From: an uncultured Christensenellaceae bacterium
GTDB taxonomy: Bacteria > Bacillota > Clostridia > Christensenellales > CAG-314
Direction of reading: 5' to 3'
DNA length: 64,000 nt
NCBI GenBank assembly: GCA_910586905.1
Contig: CAJUIV010000001.1
Location: 205,773 to 269,772 of the forward strand
A program made the position numbers and the translations under genes. This document shows, piece by piece, positions 1 through 8,708 of the stretch. The number at the start of each line of letters is the position of its first letter. Positions within the stretch are counted from its first letter, which is position 1. Below the pieces are notes generated by a model. That model made no database searches. It saw only the letters and a list, made by a program, of their open reading frames with translations, and was not told the origin of the DNA.

Positions 1-95
1 GTCGAATGCGCCGAGTCTACGACTGAAAACATCAAAAATAGAGCAAAAAAGTCAACTCTACTGAGAGTAGAGTCGTTGAAAACGGCGTTTTTTAG

Positions 96-124
96 TTGCA
101 AAATACGTTGCATAATGTTAAAAT
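96..124 (+). promoter_or_regulatory. sigma-A-type promoter for the XRE regulator gene, with leaderless geometry
   Basis: TTGCAA (96-101), 17-nt spacer, TGtTAAAAT (116-124). Only 6 nt (AACGCT) separate the -10 box from ATG 131, and there is no Shine-Dalgarno. Confidence 0.4.
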
Positions 125-130
125 AACGCT

Positions 131-757
131 ATGGAAGAACTGAAAGACGTTATAGCCGCAAATTTAGCGGCGTATCGTAAGCAATCGGGCTTTACTCAGC
201 AGGAAATAGCCGATAAGATAAATTATTCGGATAAAGCGGTTAGCAAATGGGAACGCGGAGACGGTATCCCTGACGTTACCGTGCTGAAAACGCTTGCGGA
301 CGTGTACGGGATAACCGTTAACGATTTTTTGGTTGTGCATATAGAAAAACAGCCGAAATTACCGGCAAAAAACCGCAAGGCAAAGCATTGGCTTGTTTCG
401 CTGTTATCTTTTGGCTTGGTTTGGTTTGTGGCGACGATAGTTATGGTTATAGGGTTGCTTATTCGTCCCGACCTGCCAATAGCGGAATACGCTTATATCG
501 TCGCTTTACCTGCGTCAATGATAGTTGCCGTGGTATTTTGCTGTATTTGGGGCCGGCTATGGATGAAAGCGCTTTCGGTGTCCGCGCTGGTGTGGTCGTT
601 TTGCGTTATGATTGACGTCGTACTGTCGGGATTATCTGGAATTTCGCTTACCAATTCCTGGCTGATATATGTTGTGGGCGCCGCGCTTCAGCTGCTTGTA
701 ATACTTTGGTATTTACTTAGATTTTTTATGAAGCGAAGTAAAAATTCCGCAAAGTAG
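131..757 (+). CDS. XRE-family helix-turn-helix transcriptional regulator with C-terminal multi-pass membrane domain
   Basis: 208-aa ORF. The N-terminus FTQQEIADKINYSDKAVSKWERGDGIPDVTVLKTLADVYGITVNDF is a Cro/C1-type HTH. Residues ~85-200 form about four hydrophobic helices. Confidence 0.8.
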   Translation: MEELKDVIAANLAAYRKQSGFTQQEIADKINYSDKAVSKWERGDGIPDVTVLKTLADVYGITVNDFLVVHIEKQPKLPAKNRKAKHWLVSLLSFGLVWFVATIVMVIGLLIRPDLPIAEYAYIVALPASMIVAVVFCCIWGRLWMKALSVSALVWSFCVMIDVVLSGLSGISLTNSWLIYVVGAALQLLVILWYLLRFFMKRSKNSAK

Positions 758-838
758 ATTTTATCGTATCGTAAAATATTGACGTGTGTTTCAATAAAAT
801 GCCGTTAAAACCGGTTGGTCGCTTAGTAAAAAAATTTA

Positions 839-862
839 ACGTCGGATATCCGGCGTTTTTTT
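839..862 (+). terminator. rho-independent terminator after the XRE gene
   Basis: ACGTCGG-atat-CCGGCGT stem (7 bp, one G-U pair) followed by T7. Confidence 0.6.
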
Positions 863-972
863 GTTTAATTTCATACCGTTTTTAGAATGTCTGATTTTTT
901 CCGATTATTATTCGTATAAAACATATTTGGGAATTTATAAATATAAACTAATATTTAAAACGGGCTAAAAAC

Positions 973-1002
973 TTGACATTTGCTTGCGGGGGGGGGTATC
1001 AT
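973..1002 (+). promoter_or_regulatory. sigma-A-type promoter with a G9 tract in the spacer
   Basis: TTGACA (973-978), 18-nt spacer containing GGGGGGGGG (988-996), TATCAT (997-1002). It lies about 30 nt upstream of the DUF975 gene. Confidence 0.4.
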
Positions 1003-1033
1003 ATTCTTATGAAATCTTATGGAGGAAACTTTA

Positions 1034-1642
1034 ATGTACGTATCTTGTAAAGAACTGAGAAAGCGCGCTTGGAACAGATTATCGCAGGGTTGTTACGCTA
1101 CGTCTTTGGGAGTATCGTTCTTGGGCGGTTTGATAAACGGCGCGGCAGGCATTTTTACTTACGGTTCTATCCAGTACGGCGCAAGTAAATTCTATATAGA
1201 ACAACAGCGCGGCAAAAAATCCGAACTGGAAACTTTGTTTTCCGGTTTCAATTTGTACGGTCGTACTTTAGTAACGGGATTGCTGCAATCTTTGTTCACG
1301 TTTTTGTGGTCGCTGCTGTTCGTTATTCCGGGAATTATCAAATCGTTTGCTTACAGCGTAACGCCTTACGTAATGGTGGATTTTGACCTCAGCGGCGAAG
1401 AAGCGATAACCAAAAGCCGCGAACTGATGAACGGATACAAATGGAAGTTGTTTTGCTTGAAACTGTCGTTTATCGGATGGATAATTTTGAGCGGATTCAC
1501 TTTCGGAATAGGAAGCATTTTCCTCGCTCCTTATATGGACGCGACGTTTGCGGAGTTTTACGCCGAACTGCTAAACTGCCACGGTATCGTTATAAGCGAC
1601 GGCGCGCAGGACGCAGAGATTACTTCTGAGCAAGCGTTTTAA
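1034..1642 (+). CDS. DUF975-family integral membrane protein
   Basis: The ORF track starts at 1019, but GGAGG (1021-1025) sits 8 nt before ATG 1034 (MYVSCKELRK...), so 1034 is preferred. The protein is multi-pass with a DUF975-like layout; the family call is from memory of the pattern. Confidence 0.65.
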   Translation: MYVSCKELRKRAWNRLSQGCYATSLGVSFLGGLINGAAGIFTYGSIQYGASKFYIEQQRGKKSELETLFSGFNLYGRTLVTGLLQSLFTFLWSLLFVIPGIIKSFAYSVTPYVMVDFDLSGEEAITKSRELMNGYKWKLFCLKLSFIGWIILSGFTFGIGSIFLAPYMDATFAEFYAELLNCHGIVISDGAQDAEITSEQAF

Positions 1643-1663
1643 TTTAAGTTAAATATAGTTAAT

Positions 1664-1701
1664 AAAGAAAACGACTTTGAATATTCAAAGTCGTTTTCTT
1701 T
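1664..1701. terminator. bidirectional rho-independent terminator between convergent genes
   Basis: Perfect inverted repeat AAAGAAAACGACTTTGAATATTCAAAGTCGTTTTCTTT, flanked by A/T runs, between stop 1642 (+) and stop 1718 (-). Confidence 0.85.
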
Positions 1702-1717
1702 ATTAAATCACGTTTTT

Positions 1718-3142
1718 TTATTCTTCAGCGAGCTTGCCAACCTTTATAAGGTTGGTGCCGGCTTTTTTTCCGAGAGGTACGCCTGCGGTAATAACTATGT
1801 TGTCGCCCTCTTTTGCAAGTCCCAATTTTTTTACCGTTTCTTCGGCGTTTATAAACATATCGTCCGTGTTGTCAAACGTTTGGCATATTGTGGGAATAAC
1901 TCCCCAACTGGGCGAAAGCTGATGGTAAACTCTGTCGCTGTTAGTCATAGCAACGATAGGCGCTTCCGGGCGGAAGCGCGAAACCATCCTCGCGGAAATT
2001 CCGCTTGCGGTATAAACTACTATCGCTTTGGCGTTTATATCGAAAGCCGTGTTTACCGTCGCGTGCGATATCGCGTCAGTGTTGTTCATAAGGTTAAAAG
2101 GAGAATGCGAGTACATATTTTTGTAGTCGATGTTGCGTTCGGCTTCTTCTGCGATACGCGCCATGGTTGCGATAGTGTTGGGCGGGTTTATTCCGACCGC
2201 GCTTTCTGCGGATAGCATCACGCAGCTGGAACCGTCGTAAACTGCGTTTGCGACGTCGACTATTTCGGCTCTTGTCGGGCGCAGTTTCGTTATCATACTT
2301 TCCAGCATTTCGGTTGCCGTAATAACGAATTTTCCCTGCATGCGGCTTTTCGTTATAAGCATTTTTTGTATGGCCGGCAGTTTTTCGTAAGGCAGTTCTA
2401 CGCCTAAATCTCCGCGCGCTACCATTATTCCGTCGGATTCTTTTATTATTTCCTCTATGTTGTCAACGCCGCTTTGGCTTTCTATTTTACTTACGATGCA
2501 CGCGTCTTTCGCTCCGTGCGAAAGCAGATAGTCGCGTATATCTTTTACGCTCTGTCCGTCTTGAACGAAACTCGCGGCGTACATTTCCGCCCCGTTTTTG
2601 ATACCGAAATCCAAGTCGCGTTTGTCCTGCTCGGACAGAAACGGCATATTAAGTTTTACGTTAGGCACAAAAAGACCTTTGCGGTCGGAGAGCGTTCCCG
2701 CATTTTGAGCTTCGGCGCTTATAACGCCGTTTTTGCTTATGGAAAGCACTTTGAATACCAGCAAACCGTCGTTAAGCAAAATTCTGTCGTCGGGTTTGAT
2801 GTCTTTGTATAATTCTTTGTAAGTAATGCTGACGCGCGTTTCGTCTCCGATGACGTCCTCGTTTACGAAATCGAACTTCATCCCTTCGGTAACGTCGATT
2901 TTTCCGTTTTTAAAAGTTCCTATACGTATTTCGGGACCTTTGGTATCAATCATAATTGGAATAGGCGCGCCCAAACTTCTGCGTACCTTTTTTACGTTAT
3001 CGATTTTTATCTGATGTTCCTCGTACAAACCGTGGCTCATATTTATACGCGCTACGTTCATTCCCGCTAAAGCCATTTTCTTTATTTGGTCGTAGGTTCC
3101 GCTGGCGGGACCGAGAGTACAAATGATTTTGGTCTTTCTCAT
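1718..3142 (-). CDS. pyk: pyruvate kinase
   Basis: 474 aa. MRKTKIICTLGPAS...MNVARINMSHG...IMIDTKGPEIR...MVARGDLGVE are canonical pyruvate kinase motifs. GGAGG lies upstream of the start. Confidence 0.95.
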   Translation of the reverse strand: MRKTKIICTLGPASGTYDQIKKMALAGMNVARINMSHGLYEEHQIKIDNVKKVRRSLGAPIPIMIDTKGPEIRIGTFKNGKIDVTEGMKFDFVNEDVIGDETRVSITYKELYKDIKPDDRILLNDGLLVFKVLSISKNGVISAEAQNAGTLSDRKGLFVPNVKLNMPFLSEQDKRDLDFGIKNGAEMYAASFVQDGQSVKDIRDYLLSHGAKDACIVSKIESQSGVDNIEEIIKESDGIMVARGDLGVELPYEKLPAIQKMLITKSRMQGKFVITATEMLESMITKLRPTRAEIVDVANAVYDGSSCVMLSAESAVGINPPNTIATMARIAEEAERNIDYKNMYSHSPFNLMNNTDAISHATVNTAFDINAKAIVVYTASGISARMVSRFRPEAPIVAMTNSDRVYHQLSPSWGVIPTICQTFDNTDDMFINAEETVKKLGLAKEGDNIVITAGVPLGKKAGTNLIKVGKLAEE

Positions 3143-3560
3143 TTTTTGCCTCCGTATTGCAATTTGCGGTTTCGCTCCGATTTTATACTATGCGTAAATC
3201 AACTTTTTCACCACGCAAAGCCTTTATGTCGAAAAAACAACCATATTTCGCAGTATATAAATTATAAACCATTTTGCAATAAAAGTAAATAACCTTTCTT
3301 AAAAGTTTTTACTCAAAGTATAGCGCGGAAACGGATTTGACCGCGTAGTATTCTGCATATTGCAAAATCGTACCGCGCTTATGTCGGTTAAACGTAAATG
3401 CGGAGTTTAGTTTGGAAGTTCTGCATCTGAAAATTTAACCGACCGTACGGTTAGGGAATTTGCGGCGGAGGTTATTTTATACCAGTATACGATTGTTGAC
3501 AAATTCGTTAAAAGATACAATAATATAAAAGTAGACTTTAACAAGGAGTTAAAAGAGCAA

Positions 3561-4496
3561 ATGTCGCAAGTATTTAAAATATCCGAACAGGTGGCGGAGG
3601 CTTTAAAAGACGGGAAACCCGTTGTGGCGTTGGAATCGACGATAATATCCCACGGTATGCCGTATCCGCAAAACGTCGAAACGGCAAACGCCGTCGAACG
3701 TATAGTAAAAGAAAACGGCTGTGTGCCGGCAACGGTCGCGGTTATAAACGGCGTGCTTACGGTGGGGTGCGATAGCGGCGAAATAGAACTGCTAGGTAAG
3801 CTCGGAACGTCCGTCGCCAAAGTTTCGCGCAGAGATTTGCCCGTGATTGTTGCGAAAAAACAGAACGGAGCAACTACCGTTGCCGGAACTATGTACGCGT
3901 GTACTCTTGCCGGTATCGACGTATTTGCAACAGGCGGAATAGGCGGCGCGCATCGCAACGCCGATAAAACGATGGATATTTCCGCCGACTTGGACGAACT
4001 TCGGCAATCGAACGTAGCGGTAGTGTGCGCCGGAGTAAAATCGATATTGGATATAGGACTTACTTTGGAGTGTTTGGAAACTCGCGGCGTTCCCGTAATC
4101 GGGTATCAAACGGAGGATATGCCGGCGTTTTATACTCAAAAAAGCGGTTTTAAAACGGATTACCGTTTGGATTCTCCCTTGGAAATCGCTTCCGTTTACG
4201 AAGCAAAACGCGGTTTGGGTTTAAACGGCGGTATGCTTGTTGTTAATCCTATTCCTTCGCAGTACTCTATGGACGAAGAGTATATCGAAGAAAAAATCGG
4301 CAAAGCTCTTTCCGAAGCGGATAACTTAGGTATAACGGGGAAAAATATAACGCCGTTTCTGCTTGATAAAATTCAAAAGTTAACCGGCGGAAACAGTTTG
4401 AAAGCCAATATTCAGCTTGTGTATAACAATGTAAGATTGGCTTGCGAGATTTCAAAATCGTTGGCGGAAATCCGCCGAAAAGGCGGCGTAAAATGA
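3561..4496 (+). CDS. psuG: pseudouridine-5'-phosphate glycosidase
   Basis: 311 aa. ...KPVVALESTIISHGMPYPQN...CAGVKSILDI... is typical of the IndA/PsuG family. AAGGAG lies upstream. Confidence 0.9.
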   Translation: MSQVFKISEQVAEALKDGKPVVALESTIISHGMPYPQNVETANAVERIVKENGCVPATVAVINGVLTVGCDSGEIELLGKLGTSVAKVSRRDLPVIVAKKQNGATTVAGTMYACTLAGIDVFATGGIGGAHRNADKTMDISADLDELRQSNVAVVCAGVKSILDIGLTLECLETRGVPVIGYQTEDMPAFYTQKSGFKTDYRLDSPLEIASVYEAKRGLGLNGGMLVVNPIPSQYSMDEEYIEEKIGKALSEADNLGITGKNITPFLLDKIQKLTGGNSLKANIQLVYNNVRLACEISKSLAEIRRKGGVK

Positions 4497-5179
4497 AAAT
4501 CGGCGGATTGATGAATTTGACTCTGCTTGATTATCCCGATAAAGTTGCGTGTACGGTATTTACCGTAGGATGTAACTTTCGCTGTCCGTTTTGTCATAAT
4601 AATTCGTTGGTTTTGGGAAACGGCGGGCGCCGGCTTGCCGTTAACGAAGTACTTGGATTTTTGGAAAAACGCAAAAACGTTTTGGACGGCGTGTGTTTGA
4701 CGGGCGGCGAACCGCTTATTCAGCAGGGAGTAGAGGAGTTTTTATTAGACGTGAAACGTTTGGGATATTCCGTCAAATTGGATACTAACGGAGCGTTTCC
4801 CGACAGACTTCGGGAACTTGCGGAAAAAGGGCTTGTCGATTACGTCGCCATGGACGTTAAAAACAGTAAAGAACGTTACGAGGAAACCGTCGGCTGTAAA
4901 ACGGATATTCAAGCGATATGCCGTTCCGTAGAGTTTTTAAAAAGCGGAAAAGTCGAATACGAATTCCGCACTACGGTTACTGGCAATCACCACGATGAAA
5001 TCAGTATCGGCAATATGTCGCGCTGGCTTGCGGGCGCAAGCAAATTGTATTTGCAAAAATTTGTAAACAGCGGCGATTTGATAGACCCAAATACGGTAGG
5101 CTGCTCGGACGAAACGATGCGGCGTTATCTTGAAATTGCAAAAAAGTATTTGCCTAACGCCGAGCTGCGCGGAATTTAA
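4493..5179 (+). CDS. NrdG-type radical-SAM activating enzyme (anaerobic ribonucleoside-triphosphate reductase activase family)
   Basis: The start is moved to ATG 4493, which overlaps the psuG stop as ATGA. MKIGGLMNLTLLDYPDKVACTVFTVGCNFRCPFCHN carries the CX3CX2C cluster motif of the small glycyl-radical activases. Confidence 0.8.
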   Translation: MKIGGLMNLTLLDYPDKVACTVFTVGCNFRCPFCHNNSLVLGNGGRRLAVNEVLGFLEKRKNVLDGVCLTGGEPLIQQGVEEFLLDVKRLGYSVKLDTNGAFPDRLRELAEKGLVDYVAMDVKNSKERYEETVGCKTDIQAICRSVEFLKSGKVEYEFRTTVTGNHHDEISIGNMSRWLAGASKLYLQKFVNSGDLIDPNTVGCSDETMRRYLEIAKKYLPNAELRGI

Positions 5180-5373
5180 AACTTTATCAAATTCTGATTC
5201 GAACCTTATATTTCCGTCTTTTATACAAAAGTATATTCAAGTGTATTTTATAACGGACAATTTAAATTCGGTCGAATACGATTTGAAATACAATTTTTTC
5301 TTTGACGTAAAAAAAATGCGCCTCCAAAATCGTCCGGCTTTGGGGTGCATTTTATTGTAGTTTTATTTCACGT

Positions 5374-6099
5374 TTATTTTTTTAACAGGAGTTTGGTTAT
5401 TTCTTTGAAATTTCCGTTGTCGATAGTGTATTTGGGCGAATATTTGGGTTTCGTATTTAAATCGGTTAAATTCGTCTTTATCCACAAACAGTCGATTTTT
5501 GCGTTTCGAGCTCCGTCCACGTCCGTTTGAGGGTCGTTGCCGACATATACGGTTTCTTTTTTGTCTAATTTGTATTTGTCGCAAAGCGCGTTAAAAAGCG
5601 TTGCGTCGGGTTTTGCGCATTTGTATTCGGATGAGTAAACCGCTCCCGTAAAATATTTAAGCAATCCAAGTTTTATCAACTCGGTTTTCGTAAAACATTT
5701 TTGCGCGTTGGAAAGAATAAACAATTTTTTTCTTGAGCGTTTTAGTTTCGCGAGGGTATCCAAAACTCCGTCGTAAAGTTTTAAATATTCCGTACTGAAC
5801 GCTCTGAATTCCTGAGCCAAATGCGTTGAGAGAGTTTTTGTCGTTTTGACGCCTTTGTTTTCGAAAATATGGCTAAAGACCTCTACAACGTCAACTTCGG
5901 GGTGATTGAAATTCGCTCTGCCTTGGCGCATTTGCAATTCGCAGCTGGAAAAGTACGCCTCTTTCAGTTCTTGCGGAGAATAATAAACGCCGTAAAAATT
6001 CAGCGTTTCGGCAAGCTTTGCCCAAGTAGAATCAAGATATTCGTTCGTATGTATATCTACCAAAGTTCCGTAAACGTCAAAAACGTAATTTTTGTACAT
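5374..6099 (-). CDS. HAD-superfamily hydrolase (subfamily IA-like)
   Basis: The start is moved to ATG 6099, preceded by GAGGAGG. It has HAD motif I (VFDVYGTLVD) and motif IV (VYVGNDPQTDVDGA). Confidence 0.8.
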   Translation of the reverse strand: MYKNYVFDVYGTLVDIHTNEYLDSTWAKLAETLNFYGVYYSPQELKEAYFSSCELQMRQGRANFNHPEVDVVEVFSHIFENKGVKTTKTLSTHLAQEFRAFSTEYLKLYDGVLDTLAKLKRSRKKLFILSNAQKCFTKTELIKLGLLKYFTGAVYSSEYKCAKPDATLFNALCDKYKLDKKETVYVGNDPQTDVDGARNAKIDCLWIKTNLTDLNTKPKYSPKYTIDNGNFKEITKLLLKK

Positions 6100-6167
6100 T
6101 ATTCGACCTCCTCTGTTTTCGTACAAATTATAAATCTTTTAAATCATTTTGTTAAGTGTTTTTGTTG

Positions 6168-6497
6168 TCAATATCCTAAATATTCTACGCCTACCAAAAG
6201 TATTTCGTTAATTTTCGGATTTGATATTTTGTATTTTAAAATTTTCCCCTGTCTGTCGCACTTTACCACCTCGGTGTCCCGTAAAAGCCTTAGTTGGTGC
6301 GATACCGTCGTTTGATTCATATTCAGTATTTTTGATAAATCCGTAACGCAAAGCGGTGCGATGGCGAGCGCGGACAAAAGTTTTACGCGCGACGGGTCGG
6401 ATAGTAAAGCGAAAAAACGGGCTATTTTGTCCGTCGCCTCGTTATCTGGCAAATAGCAGTCTAAATCGTCCAAAATCTGCGGAGTAGCCGTTAGCAT
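6168..6497 (-). CDS. ArsR/SmtB-family metalloregulator-type transcriptional repressor
   Basis: 109 aa. The winged HTH is LSDPSRVKLLSALAIAPLCVTDLSKILNMNQTTVSHQLRLLRD. GGGAGG lies upstream of the start. Confidence 0.85.
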   Translation of the reverse strand: MLTATPQILDDLDCYLPDNEATDKIARFFALLSDPSRVKLLSALAIAPLCVTDLSKILNMNQTTVSHQLRLLRDTEVVKCDRQGKILKYKISNPKINEILLVGVEYLGY

Positions 6498-6627
6498 AAT
6501 TTACCTCCCTGTAAATAAAATATAACGATGCCGTACGCGTTGAAAAAGTCGCGTTGAGTTAGAAAAACAAACGCCGTCGGATATTATAAGGCTTGTACTT
6601 TATTTCAAAGATAATGGTATATTATAC

Positions 6628-6655
6628 ACAATATTGTAAAATGTCGCATATTGTA
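6628..6655. promoter_or_regulatory. candidate ArsR operator in the divergent promoter region
   Basis: Perfect 10-bp palindrome ACAATATTGT (6628-6637). The octamer ATATTGTA is repeated 17 bp downstream (6648-6655), overlapping AT-rich -10-like boxes. Confidence 0.3.
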
Positions 6656-6693
6656 GTAAAAAAACAAGATTTGTAAAAACTAGGGGGATTTTT

Positions 6694-6933
6694 ATGAATA
6701 TCACGTCGAGTTTACTTTATTTGCTTCTTTTGTACGCGGTGCTGGATAAAGACAATAAACTGTCGCTTACCACGGGACTTATAATTGCCTTTATTATTTT
6801 GCTTATAAATTGTTATTTAAATAACCGCTGCTGTTGCGGAAACAACAATTTAAACGGTAACACGACCACGACGACTACTACGACGAACACCGGAAGCAGT
6901 TTTTTTAACACGGCTAACGGTTTCGCGTTTTAA
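6694..6933 (+). CDS. small membrane protein with CCCG motif and poly-Thr tail, unknown function
   Basis: 79 aa with AGGGGG 5 nt upstream of the ATG. Two hydrophobic helices are followed by NNRCCCGNNNLNGNTTTTTTTTNTG. It is divergent from the ArsR gene. Confidence 0.5.
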   Translation: MNITSSLLYLLLLYAVLDKDNKLSLTTGLIIAFIILLINCYLNNRCCCGNNNLNGNTTTTTTTTNTGSSFFNTANGFAF

Positions 6934-6949
6934 CGGCAGTTTGTACTTT

Positions 6950-6984
6950 AAAAAAATTCCGCTTGGTGAAAGCGGAATTTTTTG
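6950..6984. terminator. bidirectional rho-independent terminator
   Basis: AAAAATTCCGCTT-ggtga-AAGCGGAATTTTT between stop 6933 (+) and the end of the decayed minus-strand gene. Confidence 0.75.
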
Positions 6985-6989
6985 TTGCG

Positions 6990-7530
6990 CTAACCGTTCG
7001 GTAAAACTTTCGTCGGCAAATTATAGAAAATAAAACTTAAAAAGCCGTCGTATATTTTGTCGCTTGCATTTACGGTTACGCGCATTATTTTGTTTTCGGT
7101 AATAATTTCTCCTTCGATTTTATTGTATAATTTGAACTCAAAACTGACGGTACGGCTGTAAGTAAATTCTTTTTGACCGTCTTTTTGTTTCCTTAACGGA
7201 TAATTGTTCCCCGTAAGTTTATATTCGTAGCAGTAATAATCCTAAGAGTTTTCGAATTCGTACGCGTAAAGTGTTAAACGTTTTTTTTGCCGTAAGTAAT
7301 TTCGTAAACGACGTCGTTTGCCGGAGCGATACCGTTTAACTGTCGCCGCGAAGTTTTTTTGTTCCGTTACGTACTTTTACAAAAATGAAAAATCGTCGAA
7401 ATCGTTGAAAATTTTACAACTTGAAATCGGTCGCTGCTTCCGAAAGGTAAATTTACCGCAAATTCCGCAGCGACTACTATAAAAACGAACAGACACGCTG
7501 CCAGTATGATTTTTTTTTGCGTTTTGTCAT
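6990..7530 (-). pseudogene. decayed small secreted or membrane-anchored protein gene, translationally coupled to recF
   Basis: The minus-strand ATG 7530-7528 overlaps the recF stop (ATGA). A signal-like helix (IILAACLFVFIVVAAEFAV) is in frame only after a shift in an A9 run (7510-7518). There follow an in-frame TAA (7367-7369), a second shift at an A8 run (7281-7288) and an in-frame TAG (7242-7244). A clean 80-codon tail (...EFTYSRTVSFEFKLYNKIEGEIITENKIMRVTVNASDKIYDGF...) ends at 6990-6992. Confidence 0.4.
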
Positions 7531-8645
7531 ATGTTAAATTCCGGAGGTTTTTCCTCGCAAACTCCGCCGTCTATCGTAAAATATTTACAGTCTGTTTTGA
7601 CGAGATTCGAATCTATTTCGGTGGCGGAAGTAAGCAGTATCTGCAAGTCCTTATCGAAATTCAACAAACGCCTCTGTCTGTCGCAGTCTAATTCGGACAA
7701 TACGTCGTCCAGTATTAGCACGGGATATTCGCCAATCAGGTCTTTAAAAATACTAAGCTCGGCCAGTTTTAAGGATAAAGCGGCAGTGCGGAGCTGTCCT
7801 TGACTGCCGAAACTTCTTACGTCGATTCCGTTTGTTTTCAAAGCAATATCGTCGCGTTGGCAGCCGACGGTGGTGTGTCTTAACTGAAAGTCTTTTTCGA
7901 CGTTATCCGCAAGCAGCGTTAAATAGTTTCCCGAAAGTTCTTTTACGCTTTCTCCCTTTATCTGAGTAACGTATTCCAAAGTCAGTTCTTCTTTGCCGTC
8001 CGTTAAATTTAAATGGCATTTTTTTGCGTGAGTTTTCAGCTTTTCACAAAACGAACTGCGTTTAAAAACGACTTTCGCGCCTTCTTCGGCAATTTGTTTG
8101 TCCCAAACGAACAGCAATTCTCTCGCTTCGTCTAAAGTCGCCGCCTGCTTAAGCAGATTGTTTCGCTGAATCATCGACTTGTTGAAGCGGGATAAACTGT
8201 AAAAGTAGTTTTTGTCCGTTTGACACAAATCGATATCCAAAAAACGTCTGCGTTCCGCCGGCGATTGACTTATAATTCTGATTTCGTTCGGCGAAAAGTA
8301 AACACAGTTTAAATATCCCATCAATTCGCCTATTTTAGTTAAAGGTACGGCGTTTACCGAAATTTGTTTCTTTACGCCGTTTTTGATCGCCACGTATATT
8401 TCTCCGTCGCCGAAACGGCCGGCGTATTTAACTTTAACGTAAGCGTAGTCTTTATTCCAGGCAATCAAATCCTTATCTTTATCCGTTCGGGGACTTTTGC
8501 CTATGCAACACAAATAAACGCTTTCTACAAGATTTGTTTTTCCTTGCGCGTTATCGCCGGTAAAAATATTAAGTTTTGCCCCCGGCGTTACCGTTTGTTT
8601 CGTTAAATTTCGAAAATTGCAAACGGTTATTTCGTTTACTTTCAT
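7527..8645 (-). CDS. recF: DNA replication/repair protein RecF
   Basis: 372 aa. MKVNEITVCNFRNL...IFTGDNAQGKTNLVES (Walker A) and LILDDVLSELD (Walker B) are RecF hallmarks. Confidence 0.92.
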   Translation of the reverse strand: MKVNEITVCNFRNLTKQTVTPGAKLNIFTGDNAQGKTNLVESVYLCCIGKSPRTDKDKDLIAWNKDYAYVKVKYAGRFGDGEIYVAIKNGVKKQISVNAVPLTKIGELMGYLNCVYFSPNEIRIISQSPAERRRFLDIDLCQTDKNYFYSLSRFNKSMIQRNNLLKQAATLDEARELLFVWDKQIAEEGAKVVFKRSSFCEKLKTHAKKCHLNLTDGKEELTLEYVTQIKGESVKELSGNYLTLLADNVEKDFQLRHTTVGCQRDDIALKTNGIDVRSFGSQGQLRTAALSLKLAELSIFKDLIGEYPVLILDDVLSELDCDRQRRLLNFDKDLQILLTSATEIDSNLVKTDCKYFTIDGGVCEEKPPEFNI

Positions 8646-8678
8646 TTATCGTTCTTTCCGTTAGGTTAATTACTTTGT

Positions 8679-8708
8679 CAGTATACCACAATTCGTATTC
8701 TATTACAA
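8679..8708 (-). promoter_or_regulatory. sigma-A-type promoter for recF
   Basis: On the minus strand: TTGTAA (8708-8703), 18-nt spacer, TGgTATACT (-10 box at 8684-8679). It lies about 30 nt upstream of ATG 8645. Confidence 0.4.

Noticed and set aside
388-615. A 75-aa alternative-frame ORF inside the XRE regulator gene
   Set aside because: It is a same-strand overlap wholly inside a coherent membrane-domain reading frame, with no SD.
3407-3958. A 183-aa minus-strand ORF overlapping the psuG start region
   Set aside because: It overlaps the strongly supported psuG, has Pro/Ser/Thr-rich shadow-frame composition, and has no SD.
5478-5486. A perfect DnaA-box consensus, TTATCCACA
   Set aside because: It is a single copy inside the HAD hydrolase coding region. 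I found no cluster of boxes here or in the recF-gyrB spacer, so it is compatible with chance.
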